54,351 nucleotides of DNA from Promethearchaeota archaeon. Its GTDB lineage: Archaea; Asgardarchaeota; Lokiarchaeia; Sigyniarchaeales; SOKP01. The notes beneath the pieces are model-generated. The model ran no database searches. It was not told the DNA's origin and saw only the letters and a program-made list of their open reading frames with translations. Made by a program: the position numbers and the translations under genes. Positions 1-10,370 of the stretch are shown here, one piece after another (position 1 is the stretch's first letter; every line of letters starts with the position of its first letter). The stretch spans positions 1-54,351 of the forward strand of contig JBHLOI010000021.1 of assembly GCA_048940645.1 (NCBI GenBank), given 5' to 3'.

Positions 1-959
1 GCCCATAAATCTGCTAAAGGAAACCCTACTCCTTGATATTTTAAAATTACTTGATCAAATTGCTTTCTCATATTAGCGTAAATGAAAGCATGAGTGATAG
101 CATTCCAAGCTTGGGCAGCATTAAGGCAAACGATTCCTAATCTTTCCAAATTTAATCCTTCAAACAAATGGGACCTTCCATCTCCGGGTTTACCCAAAAC
201 GCAATCGGCTGGAACTCGTAGATTAGTAAAAGTTTCTTTACCAATATGTATTCTAGGAGTCCAAGGAATATTTACTCTTTCTGCGTTCCAACCTTCCCAT
301 GTAGTATCAACAAGTAATTGGGCCATTGTGTTTCCATTATTTTTTTCAGTTACTGCATACAATACAGCCCAATCTGCCTTGGAACCATTAGTTTGATATA
401 TTTTTTCACCATTTACTATAAAGCTTCCATCTTCTTGCTCCTCACATGTAGTTAACATATGAACAGCATCTGAACCTCTTTCTGGTTCGGTAATGCATAT
501 ACAGCCTACTTTCTCCCCCATTACTAATTCTTTTAGTGCTTTTAGTCGAATATCAATATCTTCATTATGCAGTAGTAAGGGACTTATAGCCAAAATACTA
601 GCTCCCATACCCATAGTAAGTTGAGGATCAAAAAAGTCAGTAGCAAGAGCTCTCATAAATTCAATTGTGTGACCATATGGTTCATAATTCAAATCCAAAT
701 TTTCAAAATTATGCACTCGAGTTACCAAGCCTGCTTTACCGATTTCAGGAATCCAGTCATAGAGATCTTCATTATGGGTGATATTATGCTTTTTTTCAAA
801 ATTAATGAAAAACTTTTGAGTTTGTTTGAGGAAATCAAAATGTTCCTTACTTAAATAGGTCATTAAATTATAATTCAAGAATTTATATCTATTTTTTAAT
901 GAGAGTTTTTCCAAAATCTCATCATTAATGCATTGAACTTTTCCTTTTTTATTTTCCAA
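1..959 (-). CDS. Acyl-CoA dehydrogenase (3' end runs off the window; absent from ORF track)
   Basis: Manual translation from TTG at 959 (SD AAAGGAG upstream): MENKKGKVQ...GCICITEPERGSDAVHM...VNGEKIYQTNG...YANMRKQFDQVILKYQGVGFPLADLW. Classic ACAD TEPxxGSD, NGxK and RxQF motifs; frame open to window edge. Confidence 0.9.
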   Translation of the reverse strand, partial: MENKKGKVQCINDEILEKLSLKNRYKFLNYNLMTYLSKEHFDFLKQTQKFFINFEKKHNITHNEDLYDWIPEIGKAGLVTRVHNFENLDLNYEPYGHTIEFMRALATDFFDPQLTMGMGASILAISPLLLHNEDIDIRLKALKELVMGEKVGCICITEPERGSDAVHMLTTCEEQEDGSFIVNGEKIYQTNGSKADWAVLYAVTEKNNGNTMAQLLVDTTWEGWNAERVNIPWTPRIHIGKETFTNLRVPADCVLGKPGDGRSHLFEGLNLERLGIVCLNAAQAWNAITHAFIYANMRKQFDQVILKYQGVGFPLADLW

Positions 960-1093
960 TTAATTCAACTCCTTTCTTTTAAAAATAAAATTTTATGGTT
1001 ATAGTATACAATGGATTTCTTAATATAGTTTTTTAAATCTTAAGTTTAAAAAAAAAAAAAGAAATTAAAAAATAAATAAAATTCAGCCTAATT

Positions 1094-2821
1094 TTATTTT
1101 TTTGATTCTTCTCTAAGTGCTCGTTTTAGAACTTTGCCTACAGTAGTCAGCGGTAAAGATTCTCTAAATTCCCAAATTTTAGGATTTTCATACTTTGAAA
1201 GATGGTCTGCTGCATACTTTTTTAAATCATCTTTCACGGTATCTGTAGGTTGTATTCCTTCCTTAAGTTGGACTATTGCTTTAACAATTTCACTACCCGG
1301 ACGATCAGGGTCTTTTAATCCAATTATAGCAACCATTTCGATATCTGGATGTTTCGTTAAAACATCTTCGACGTGAACACTATAAACTTTATATCCAGAA
1401 ACAATTAGCATATCTTTTGTTCTATCTACAATTGTAATGTATCCATCTTCATCCATTACACCTACATCTCCAGTATGCAACCAACCATCAATTATTGTTT
1501 TAGCGTTAGCTTCTGGCTTTTTGTAATATCCCCTTGTGACGTGAGGACCTTTGCAAATTATTTCACCTGGTTCGCCGAGCTCTACTTGTTCCCCAGTTTC
1601 AACATCTACTAAACGAAGTTCAGTATCAGGTACTGGGAGACCGACGGTTCCAATTTTCTTTTTTCCATAGTAAGGATTGGCCGTAAGGATAGGTGACGTC
1701 TCTGTCATTCCATAAACTTCCATTAGTTTATTTCTTGCTTTCATAGAATTTTCGAAGTCTCTAATTGCTTCAGCGGGAAATGGAGCTGCTCCAGATACGT
1801 AGACTTCAAGTCGATCTAAAGCAGAATCTGGAACTTTATTGATCATAGGATTGTTTTTAATCGATAAGTATAGAGTAGGTACATTTACCATTAATCTTGG
1901 TTTTTTATCAATAACTTCTTCTATTATGTGTTTTGTATCTCTTGGATTAGCAATTAAAATTTGAGGGGCAGATATGTAAAGCGTACTCATGCACATTTGC
2001 AAACCAGCAAGATGAAACATGGGAAATGCACTTAGATTTATCTCTCCTTCCTTTGCTACTTCTGAATCAATCCAAGTAACAATTTGGGTCATATTTGAAA
2101 TAATATTTTTATGAGTTAATTCTGTACCTTTAGGTAATCCTGTAGTTCCACCTGTGTATTGAAGTAGAGCTAAGTCATTTTCAATATCTATGTTCACTTC
2201 TTTAACATCAGGTGTTGTTTTCATTATCTCTTGAAAATCTAAAACTAATTTTCCCGGAAAAGGTACTACTTTACCTTTTGGTATCTTTCCAATTAATTTA
2301 CCAAGGAAGACAATTGGCTTCCCGAGTCCCATATAATCAGAAACATTTGTAGTAATAACACAATTTAATTTAGGAACTTTTTCCAGGATTTTAATTAAAA
2401 CTTTAGCATAGACTGCATCAAGAGTAACAAAAAATTTAGATTCACTGTCATTGATCTGGTAAGCTAACTCAGTAGGACTTAGAAGCGGAGAACATCCTGA
2501 TGCTACTCCTCCAGCCAATAGAGTTCCAAAATGAGCTACCATATACTGAGGACAATTTGGTAAATTAATAGCAACTCTATCTCCTTTTTCTAACCCATTT
2601 TTTTGTAAAAATGTAGCGAACCTATTTACCATATCTCTAATCTCTTTAAATGAAATTTGTCTTTTCATAAAATAGCAAGCAGCTCTATCTGGGAACCTCC
2701 TCATTGCATTATCGAATAGTCTTCCAAGATTCTCCTTGGGATATTTTAAGGTAGGCAGAACATGTTTATCATAAGATTTTAGCCATATTTTAGCATCATA
2801 GGGGCTTTGTTGAGTTTGTAT
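1094..2821 (-). CDS. Long-chain-fatty-acid--CoA ligase (FadD-like AMP-binding enzyme)
   Basis: YTGGTTGLPKG, YGMTE, GWLHTGD and LPLTTVGKVLKR motifs. Track start is 2704, but the frame stays open for 39 more codons (IQTQQSPYDAKIWLKSYDKHV..., typical FadD N-terminus) to ATA at 2821, preceded by SD AGGTGA. Confidence 0.92.
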   Translation of the reverse strand: MQTQQSPYDAKIWLKSYDKHVLPTLKYPKENLGRLFDNAMRRFPDRAACYFMKRQISFKEIRDMVNRFATFLQKNGLEKGDRVAINLPNCPQYMVAHFGTLLAGGVASGCSPLLSPTELAYQINDSESKFFVTLDAVYAKVLIKILEKVPKLNCVITTNVSDYMGLGKPIVFLGKLIGKIPKGKVVPFPGKLVLDFQEIMKTTPDVKEVNIDIENDLALLQYTGGTTGLPKGTELTHKNIISNMTQIVTWIDSEVAKEGEINLSAFPMFHLAGLQMCMSTLYISAPQILIANPRDTKHIIEEVIDKKPRLMVNVPTLYLSIKNNPMINKVPDSALDRLEVYVSGAAPFPAEAIRDFENSMKARNKLMEVYGMTETSPILTANPYYGKKKIGTVGLPVPDTELRLVDVETGEQVELGEPGEIICKGPHVTRGYYKKPEANAKTIIDGWLHTGDVGVMDEDGYITIVDRTKDMLIVSGYKVYSVHVEDVLTKHPDIEMVAIIGLKDPDRPGSEIVKAIVQLKEGIQPTDTVKDDLKKYAADHLSKYENPKIWEFRESLPLTTVGKVLKRALREESKK

Positions 2822-3001
2822 CTAAATCACCTTTTATTTAATAATTTAAAATACATTATTTACGAAATTCGTAAATAACATTATTATTGATAGAAGAATT
2901 TATAAATATTTTCAAAAGTTTTTGAAGAATTCCTTTAAAAAAGAAAATTTTTTTTCTTATTTTGATCAAAGATATGTAAAAAAAGAATAAGAAAAAAGAG
3001 T

Positions 3002-4015
3002 TTAGTTAATTTCCACTTGGATTTTAATATCATCATGCAAACCGCTAGATAATTTATTAAAAGTTTCAGGTACTTGGTCTAATTTTACTTTTTTAGTTAT
3101 AATCGATTTAACGTTTACTCTTTTTTGCTCCAATAAATTTAATGCTGTTTTAAAGGAATCCTGATCAACTAAAAACATTCCCTTTATGGTAATATTTTTA
3201 GACATTAATTGCAGTATTCCTTTCATTTCAAAAGGCTCTGAATGTATCCCAATAACAATTATTGAGCCACCCCTTTTAATAAGTTGAAGTGAGGTTATAA
3301 TTGTTTCTGGTAATGCTACACAATCAAAAATGAAATCTGGTCCAATTTTTTCAGTAAGTTTAGTAATTCTACTCCATTTATTAGGAGTAAATGCCTTATC
3401 AGCACCTAATTCTAATGCTAATTTATGTTTAGATTCAACCGGTTCTATCGCATAAATATTACTTGCTCCTGCTATCTTGAGTGCTTGAATAGTTAATAGA
3501 CCAATAGTACCCATCCCAAAAACCGCTGCATTATTACCAATTTTAAAGTCTGAAACCTTAACCGCTTGAATTGCATTCGCTAAGGGTTCTACCATCGCTC
3601 CTTCTTCAAATGAAATTGAATCAGGTAATTTGTGGACTCTATCTGCTCTAATTTTTACAAATTCTGCTAAAGCTCCGTTATGAGTCACTCCTATTGTATT
3701 ATGAATACATAAAACCTCTTGGCCTTCTCTACAGTACCTACACTCTAAACATGGAACATTTGGATTGGCCGTAACCCTATCTCCAACTTTTAAATCTTTA
3801 ATATGTTTACCGATTTCAACAATTTCTCCCGAGAATTCGTGTCCTAAAATTATTTTTTGCGATTCTAAAGCCCCCGTTAAGAAAGATCCTATGTCAGAAC
3901 CACAGATCCCACAATTTTTTACTTTAATTAATGCTTCATTAGCTTGAATTTGAGGCTTTGGTAAGTCATCTCTTACTTCTACCTTATTTATTCGAGTAAA
4001 ATATATACCCTTCAA
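3002..4015 (-). CDS. Zinc-dependent alcohol dehydrogenase (MDR; sorbitol/threonine dehydrogenase-like)
   Basis: GICGSD, GHEFSG, structural Zn CxxCxxC-x7-C, GMGTIG Rossmann motif; TTG start with GGGGTG SD. Confidence 0.9.
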   Translation of the reverse strand: MKGIYFTRINKVEVRDDLPKPQIQANEALIKVKNCGICGSDIGSFLTGALESQKIILGHEFSGEIVEIGKHIKDLKVGDRVTANPNVPCLECRYCREGQEVLCIHNTIGVTHNGALAEFVKIRADRVHKLPDSISFEEGAMVEPLANAIQAVKVSDFKIGNNAAVFGMGTIGLLTIQALKIAGASNIYAIEPVESKHKLALELGADKAFTPNKWSRITKLTEKIGPDFIFDCVALPETIITSLQLIKRGGSIIVIGIHSEPFEMKGILQLMSKNITIKGMFLVDQDSFKTALNLLEQKRVNVKSIITKKVKLDQVPETFNKLSSGLHDDIKIQVEIN

Positions 4016-4075
4016 AAATATACACCCCTTTTTATTAATAAATAGAGAAAGAATTGAAAAACATTTAAGTATAAA

Positions 4076-5785
4076 TTATAAAATTCCCATCGATGCCATC
4101 AATTTTGTCCCATCTGACATTACTTGAGCAATTTTAATATTAATTACAGCTGGCTTATTTGAATTTCTAGCTCGCTCTAAAGCGGGTTTAATTTCATTTG
4201 GGTCAATTACTGTTTCTCCATAACAATTAAAACCTTCAGCACACTTTGCAAAGTCAAAATCTGGTAAATCTACATCAATAAATCGCTTCTTCATATATTT
4301 GCCTTGACATGATTTAATCATACCCCACGCTCGATTATTTGCTATTATAAAAGTCATATTTTTTAATCCTAACCGGACAGCTGTCTCTAAATCTTGGATA
4401 TTAAAAAGAAAACTACCATCTCCAACTATAGCAATCACTTGTTTATTAGGTTTAGCTAATTTGGCACCGATAGCATAAGGAATAGATGTACCTAAATGCC
4501 CCATTCCTATTGATATTAAGGTAGAGAGCGGTGGTCGTGGTTTATGAAGATTTATTTGTTCAACAGTGAAACAGGCAATATCTCCACCATCAACAACTAG
4601 TATTGCATCTTCATCCATAAATTCTAAGACTTCTTTCACCATTCTCTGCGGAATAATTGGAATTTTCTCTTTTAAGGCTTTTTTCATAAAATCATCGATA
4701 TATTTCTGCTTCATTTCAAAAACTTGTTCCGTCCAATCTCTTTTTTCCACTTTCCCAATTTTTTTAACTTCTTCAAGTACTTGCTCTAAATATATCTTAC
4801 AATCACCCTCAATACCCAAAGTTATCGGTTTAGCTCTTCCTATAATACTTGGATCAATATCAACTTGTATCATTTTTTGAGAATCTTTAAAGAAGGGTTC
4901 ATCGCCATGACCTAATGTAAATGAAAATTTAGTCCCAAGAGCTAAAATTATATCAGCTTGATAAGATATTTCTTTTCCAAATCCTTGAATTGAAGAATCA
5001 ACTAAACACTTCGACTTATTAGAGATTGTCCCAATTCCCATTATGCTTGTTATGACAGGTATCTGTAAGAATTCAGCAAATTCCTGTAATTCATTCCATG
5101 CTTCTGCTCGTGCAATTCCTCCTCCAGAAATTATTAATGGTTTTTCTGCCTTCATCAATAAATCAATTGATTTATTAATCAAATCATTACTAATAGCTGG
5201 TTTACTGAGAGATCGATAACTAATTGGGGGGTTAATTGAAACTTGATCTTCTTCTAGTTCACCAAGAAAAGCATCCTCAACTAATTCTAACAAAACTGGT
5301 CTAGACCTACCCCCTATAGCTTCACGAAATGCCTTCTGAACAGCATCTGGGATTTTTTCTATATCTCTAATGCTTCTCTGATATTTTGTAATGGGTTTAA
5401 ACATCGTAATTTGATCAAGATTTCCTTGTAAAGTAAATGAATCATCGAATCTACTGTTTACCTGATTAATTATGGCAACTAGTGGTATATTATCACTCCA
5501 AGCTGCTGCTACACCAGGGACAAGATCAGTTGCTCCAGGTCCAGCTGTTCCAAAACATACGCCTGGAGTATTAGTTAATCTTGCCCATGCATCTGCTGCA
5601 TGAGCAGCTGCTTGTTCATGTCTAAACATGACAGTTTCAATACCTTGTTCTCGACCCCATCGATAAATTGCATCAAACATATTCAAAAATTGTCCACCGA
5701 TAATACCAAACATATATTTAACATTTTCTACAAGGAGACATTTTATCAAAACATCTCCTCCATTAATTTTTGCTTTTTCCTCCAT
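4076..5785 (-). CDS. Thiamine-diphosphate-dependent enzyme, acetolactate synthase large subunit-like family
   Basis: RHEQAAAHAADAWAR, GTAGPGA, GDGSF...NN ThDP-binding motif; GGTG SD. Confidence 0.88.
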   Translation of the reverse strand: MEEKAKINGGDVLIKCLLVENVKYMFGIIGGQFLNMFDAIYRWGREQGIETVMFRHEQAAAHAADAWARLTNTPGVCFGTAGPGATDLVPGVAAAWSDNIPLVAIINQVNSRFDDSFTLQGNLDQITMFKPITKYQRSIRDIEKIPDAVQKAFREAIGGRSRPVLLELVEDAFLGELEEDQVSINPPISYRSLSKPAISNDLINKSIDLLMKAEKPLIISGGGIARAEAWNELQEFAEFLQIPVITSIMGIGTISNKSKCLVDSSIQGFGKEISYQADIILALGTKFSFTLGHGDEPFFKDSQKMIQVDIDPSIIGRAKPITLGIEGDCKIYLEQVLEEVKKIGKVEKRDWTEQVFEMKQKYIDDFMKKALKEKIPIIPQRMVKEVLEFMDEDAILVVDGGDIACFTVEQINLHKPRPPLSTLISIGMGHLGTSIPYAIGAKLAKPNKQVIAIVGDGSFLFNIQDLETAVRLGLKNMTFIIANNRAWGMIKSCQGKYMKKRFIDVDLPDFDFAKCAEGFNCYGETVIDPNEIKPALERARNSNKPAVINIKIAQVMSDGTKLMASMGIL

Positions 5786-5913
5786 GAATTACACCATTAA
5801 ATAGAATTCTTTTTTCAATTGATAATAGGTTTATCTTTCATTGTATATATAATTATCTGAGATTCAAACTATAAAATTAAGTTAGGAGGATTAGTGATTT
5901 AACAAATTAGTCA

Positions 5914-6900
5914 TTATATATCAAAAACTTGTAAAGAACTCAAAAAAGATTTTATTCCTTTAGAAATTCTTTGAATCTTATTATTATTTAATTTTAAGAC
6001 CTTTAAATTCTTTAGATTCGTGATAGAATCCGGGATTTCTCTTATAGAATTATAACTTAAATCTAATTCTTCAAGGTTCTCGAAATGAGCTATAAATTTA
6101 GGGAATTTACCGAGGTTATTCCCGCGCAATATTAATTTTTTGAGAGAATTTAGATAAATTAATGATTTAGGGATAGTTGAACCATTGAATTTTCTCAGTT
6201 CAAACTTATTATACAAATCAAGAAAAGTATCCAAGTCTTTTATTGCGATAAATGAATCGATAATGTCTTGATTAAATTTTAAGAAATACCAATTAAAATA
6301 TTTAAAATTAAGCATTTCAACATGTTTATTATTAATTAGAAGCCAAGGATTAGGATCGTTTATACAACTTATCTTCTTATAATAAGCATAAGTTAAGGAT
6401 GAGATTTCATAATTGTTTTTATCTTGCGCAAAAATGGCTTCTAAATCTAGAAAAAATCGGGATTCATTTGGGGTGACGCCTAATTGAGTGGAAAAATCTT
6501 CAATCCAATTTGAAATGGCTTTTGTAATTGATCTAGATTGATAATTATTTTCATTTTCCCCCATATTTACTATTGTTTGAATAACAACTGGCGATTTATC
6601 ATGTTCTATTACCCATAATAATGATTTTAATCCATATTTGAGATATGTATGTCCTATTGATTTAGCTGCTGCACTTCGGACGAAATGATTTTCATCAGAA
6701 AGTAGGCAATTTTCAAGTATATTAAAGATTTTTTCATTACTACTTTGTAATCTTTCGAGAGCCAGAATGCTCTTTCTTCGCATTTCAGGATTATTACTTT
6801 TTTCTAAGATGGATATTAGTAAATCTACTGCTAATGTAAAATTCATTTTTCCTTTTAAAAAATCTGATACAATTGTCTCTGGAGTAAATGAACTTGTCAT
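5914..6900 (-). CDS. HEAT-repeat + leucine-rich-repeat protein
   Basis: N-terminal HEAT-like (LLSDENHFVRSAAAKSIG); C-terminal LRRs (LKKLILRGNNL, LEELDLSYNSI, LKVLKLNNNKI). Confidence 0.85.
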   Translation of the reverse strand: MTSSFTPETIVSDFLKGKMNFTLAVDLLISILEKSNNPEMRRKSILALERLQSSNEKIFNILENCLLSDENHFVRSAAAKSIGHTYLKYGLKSLLWVIEHDKSPVVIQTIVNMGENENNYQSRSITKAISNWIEDFSTQLGVTPNESRFFLDLEAIFAQDKNNYEISSLTYAYYKKISCINDPNPWLLINNKHVEMLNFKYFNWYFLKFNQDIIDSFIAIKDLDTFLDLYNKFELRKFNGSTIPKSLIYLNSLKKLILRGNNLGKFPKFIAHFENLEELDLSYNSIREIPDSITNLKNLKVLKLNNNKIQRISKGIKSFLSSLQVFDI

Positions 6901-7232
6901 TTTTTTTTAATTCCTTTAGTAGTAACTAGGTTAACACAATATTTACTTCCTTAATTATATAATTTAGTTAATTGATTAATTAAGCCTATTAAAAAGTTCT
7001 AAGTTGAGATATATCGAAAATGTTCAAAAATTTAATGTTTTCAAAATTTCATATTATTTTTTTTTTTAAAAATTAGGTATAACTGAAAAATTTTGGTCAA
7101 CAATATAGTATTACTGAACGAATTTTTAAAGTTACAGAATTTATTATTTTAATATTAAAAATTTATAAATACGTATTTGTATTATTTTCATCAACATTTA
7201 ATACAAAATTAAATGTATCTAGTTGAAAAAAA

Positions 7233-7658
7233 ATGAGCGAAGGTAAAAAAGATTCTAATGAATTGTTAAATATATTAATGATAATCATCGGTGCTCTCTT
7301 TGTCTTTGTAGGTATACTCAATCTCTTAGCGTGGGGAGGGATCAGTTTAGGTATTGATCTATCAAATCCCTATGTTGCAGCAGCACTTACTATTCTTGGA
7401 CCTTCTGGTTTACTTTCAGCAGTACTAGGATTTTGGGCTATCGTTTCTGGAATTGGCATGTTTCGAGAAGAGGAATATGCCATGGGTATGGGTCTAGTTG
7501 TTTTAAGTGTTATGGCGATTCAAACTCTATCCGTAATGTTATCATGGTTTGGTACTCCTTGGTATTCAGTTTGGCCCAATTATATAATCTTAATTGCATT
7601 TCTAATTGGAGCGGTTGGCTTTTTCTGGTTAATTTTTACATACAAAAGATATGATTAG
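7233..7658 (+). CDS. Hypothetical integral membrane protein (about 4 TM helices)
   Basis: Four long hydrophobic segments; ATG start; T-rich tract after the stop. Confidence 0.8.
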   Translation: MSEGKKDSNELLNILMIIIGALFVFVGILNLLAWGGISLGIDLSNPYVAAALTILGPSGLLSAVLGFWAIVSGIGMFREEEYAMGMGLVVLSVMAIQTLSVMLSWFGTPWYSVWPNYIILIAFLIGAVGFFWLIFTYKRYD

Positions 7659-7834
7659 ATCCAATAAGAAATTCAAAATTAAAATATATATTTTTTTTCT
7701 TTTTTTCTTTTTGAAATAGGTATTTTTGTAAATTTACATAATATTCTAAAACAAATGTTAAAGAAATTAGGAGTTTTATTTATTAATTGAAAAAAATTAT
7801 CCTTATTAAAAATTATAATTTAAAGGATTGTAAA

Positions 7835-9367
7835 ATGAAAACTTATGAAGATTATGTCCAAAGATTATATAAAATGAAACCAAATGTTTATATCGGTGAG
7901 GAAAAAGTTAGTCGCGACGATCCTCGTTTAAAAGGGGGAATGAGAATTATAAAAGAAACTTTTGATAAAGCACATGATCCGGATTGGGAAGATATTTGTA
8001 CTGCCACGAGTCATTTAACGGGTAAGAAGATTAATCGATTTTGCCATATTCATCAGAGTGAAGATGATTTATTAAAAAAACAACTAATGACAAGACAACT
8101 TTGTCATCGTTGCGGTGGATGTATCCAAAGATGCATGGGAATTGATTCACTCAATGCACTTTCAGTAATTACTTATGAAATGGACCAAGCACTTGGAACA
8201 GATCACTACATAAGATTTAATAAATATATGGAATATTTTCAAGAAAATGATCTTGTAGCTAGTTGTGCTCAAACTGATGCTAAAGGAGATCGATTGAAAA
8301 GACCACATGAACAAGAGGATCCTGATCAATACTTGAGAGTAATCGAAACACGAGAACATGGTATCGTAGTTAGAGGATGTAAGGTTAATATTACAAATAC
8401 TCCCTATGCTGATGAGATGATAGTCGTTCCTTGTAGATATATGGGGCCGGAAGATAAAGATTATGCTGTGGCTTTCGCCTTACCAACAGATTGGGATGGT
8501 GTAAGATTACTAACACGCCCTGCTAATTTTAGAAAAAGCAAATATGCTGAAGCTCCTGGTTTAGAGATTGGAGATTGTGAGACTTTCATCATTTTTGATG
8601 ATGTTTTTGTTCCAAACGATCGAGTCTTCTTGAATGGTCATGGGGATCCAAGACAAACTCCTTATGCTGGTTTCTTAGCTCTCATGTTTGCGCATTATCA
8701 TCGCCATAGCTATACTGGTTGCAAACCAGCAGTATCTGAAGTAATTGCAAGTGCTGCTGCATTAGTGGCAGAATATAACGGCATTGAAAAGACCTCTCAC
8801 GCGAGAGATAAAATATCTCATATTATAGGCACAGCTGAACTCGTATTCGCTGCTGGAGAATCAAGTGCAAAACATTCTGAAAAGGCACCTTCAGGTACTC
8901 AAGTACCAGATGAGATTTTAACGAATGCCGGAAGAAGACTTGCGGGAGAGATGATTTATGAGGAGTATAAAATATTAGCGGATCTTTCTGGCGGTATAAT
9001 TGCAACTTTACCTTTTGAGGAATCTTTTTTCAGTGAAGAAGTTGGTGAACTTGCTATGAAATACTTGCAACGAAATCCTCGTGTCAAACCTGAGAATATA
9101 TTAAGATGCTTTAAAGGAATTGAAGGATTGGTAGTTTCAGATCTAGCAGGTGTAATGCAGGTAGCGGGTTTGCATGGAGGAGGGTCACCACAAATGGAAA
9201 CAATAACAATGATGATGCGTTATGACGTAGAGAAACTAAAAAATATAGCTAAATATCTATTTGGAATAAAGAAAAAACTGAAACGATATGAACGCCCTAC
9301 AGTGACCCCTAGAAAACAACTTGAAAAATTCAGAGAAGCAATGTTAAGAAAGACAAATCAAGAATAA
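7835..9367 (+). CDS. abfD: 4-hydroxybutyryl-CoA dehydratase / vinylacetyl-CoA isomerase (HpaB/AbfD family)
   Basis: CIQRCMGID (CxxxC) and HRHSYTGCK cluster-ligand signatures, AQTDAKGDR, LHGGGSP. Probable ATG at 7835 after AAAGGA (track start 7787). Confidence 0.8.
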   Translation: MKTYEDYVQRLYKMKPNVYIGEEKVSRDDPRLKGGMRIIKETFDKAHDPDWEDICTATSHLTGKKINRFCHIHQSEDDLLKKQLMTRQLCHRCGGCIQRCMGIDSLNALSVITYEMDQALGTDHYIRFNKYMEYFQENDLVASCAQTDAKGDRLKRPHEQEDPDQYLRVIETREHGIVVRGCKVNITNTPYADEMIVVPCRYMGPEDKDYAVAFALPTDWDGVRLLTRPANFRKSKYAEAPGLEIGDCETFIIFDDVFVPNDRVFLNGHGDPRQTPYAGFLALMFAHYHRHSYTGCKPAVSEVIASAAALVAEYNGIEKTSHARDKISHIIGTAELVFAAGESSAKHSEKAPSGTQVPDEILTNAGRRLAGEMIYEEYKILADLSGGIIATLPFEESFFSEEVGELAMKYLQRNPRVKPENILRCFKGIEGLVVSDLAGVMQVAGLHGGGSPQMETITMMMRYDVEKLKNIAKYLFGIKKKLKRYERPTVTPRKQLEKFREAMLRKTNQE

Positions 9368-9403
9368 AACTGTTGATTTAAATTATTTTTATCAACTAAT
9401 CTT

Positions 9404-10366
9404 TTATAAAAGACACAAAACAAAGTAGTGCTTTTCGTTAATTGGTTCAATGCCTAAATCCTTATTTTCATTTATAAAGGTATTAATTGGTATCCCTTTT
9501 TCATACAATTCGTTAAATTTCTCATGAAAAATCTTATAAATACTACTATTCCTTGAGATATATGCCCCAATTAATTTGTTTGTAGGATCAAAACTAGGTT
9601 GAACTAATTCATTATCAGTTAAGCCAAAATTGCTAAAATCATCATGCGTAACATGGACATCAATACTCTTAAATTCCAAATCATATTGATTAAGATGATT
9701 AGTTAAAAGTTTGAATTCTTCGCTTATTAATAGATCCTTCACTAATTCTGCATTAAAGATTACTTTAATATCTAAGTTTAACACATTATCTTTTATTTTG
9801 ATCATTCCATTCTTCATCGGATCTCTTAAATCTTCAGGTACGTAAGTTGGTCCTTGTTTTTTAATCATAGTCATTAATTCATTGTCATATCTTATACCAA
9901 TTGCAATTCTACATTCACTACTAGCTGTAAAGGTATAATAGGTTTCATAAATATTATTTAAGTCGTATTTTATGAATTCTACAAATTCCTGACTGATTTG
10001 ATCAGTTAAATTATACGATTTTAAAAAATCATCTAAAGCAAATTCCGCTTTTTCCTTTTTTTCTTGAAATTCTTGCGATAATTCTTCTATTCGATTATTT
10101 ATAATTTTTTGCCATATTGGAATTACAGGTGTAGCTAAGTGAATTTTCATTGGGCGATCATATATTTGGACAAGCTCTAAATCATTTAATACTGAGCAAA
10201 TTTTATAACCTCTTTTTAAGGTGAGACCAAAATGAGAAGATACATCTTTTAAATTATCGATTCTAACATTTTTTAATAAATAATGATATATTTTCTCAAT
10301 GCCTTTTTCAATAACACCAATCGCATCAAATAAAGAACTGAGAGGTAAAATTTCGCTGTCTTCCAT
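9404..10366 (-). CDS. TrmB-like transcriptional regulator (N-terminal HTH)
   Basis: N-terminal wHTH pattern (KIYHYLL...VSSHFGLTLKRGYKICSVLNDLELVQIYDRP), then a helical linker and a C-terminal alpha/beta domain. Confidence 0.6.
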   Translation of the reverse strand: MEDSEILPLSSLFDAIGVIEKGIEKIYHYLLKNVRIDNLKDVSSHFGLTLKRGYKICSVLNDLELVQIYDRPMKIHLATPVIPIWQKIINNRIEELSQEFQEKKEKAEFALDDFLKSYNLTDQISQEFVEFIKYDLNNIYETYYTFTASSECRIAIGIRYDNELMTMIKKQGPTYVPEDLRDPMKNGMIKIKDNVLNLDIKVIFNAELVKDLLISEEFKLLTNHLNQYDLEFKSIDVHVTHDDFSNFGLTDNELVQPSFDPTNKLIGAYISRNSSIYKIFHEKFNELYEKGIPINTFINENKDLGIEPINEKHYFVLCLL

Positions 10367-10370
10367 AAGA

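Noticed and set aside
94-854. Track ORFs 94..396 and 621..854 (+)
   Set aside because: Antisense shadows of the acyl-CoA dehydrogenase on the minus strand.
1048-1060. A13 run and similar poly-A/T tracts in intergenic regions
   Set aside because: Ordinary archaeal U-rich terminator-like tracts in an AT-rich genome; not phase-variation sites within genes.
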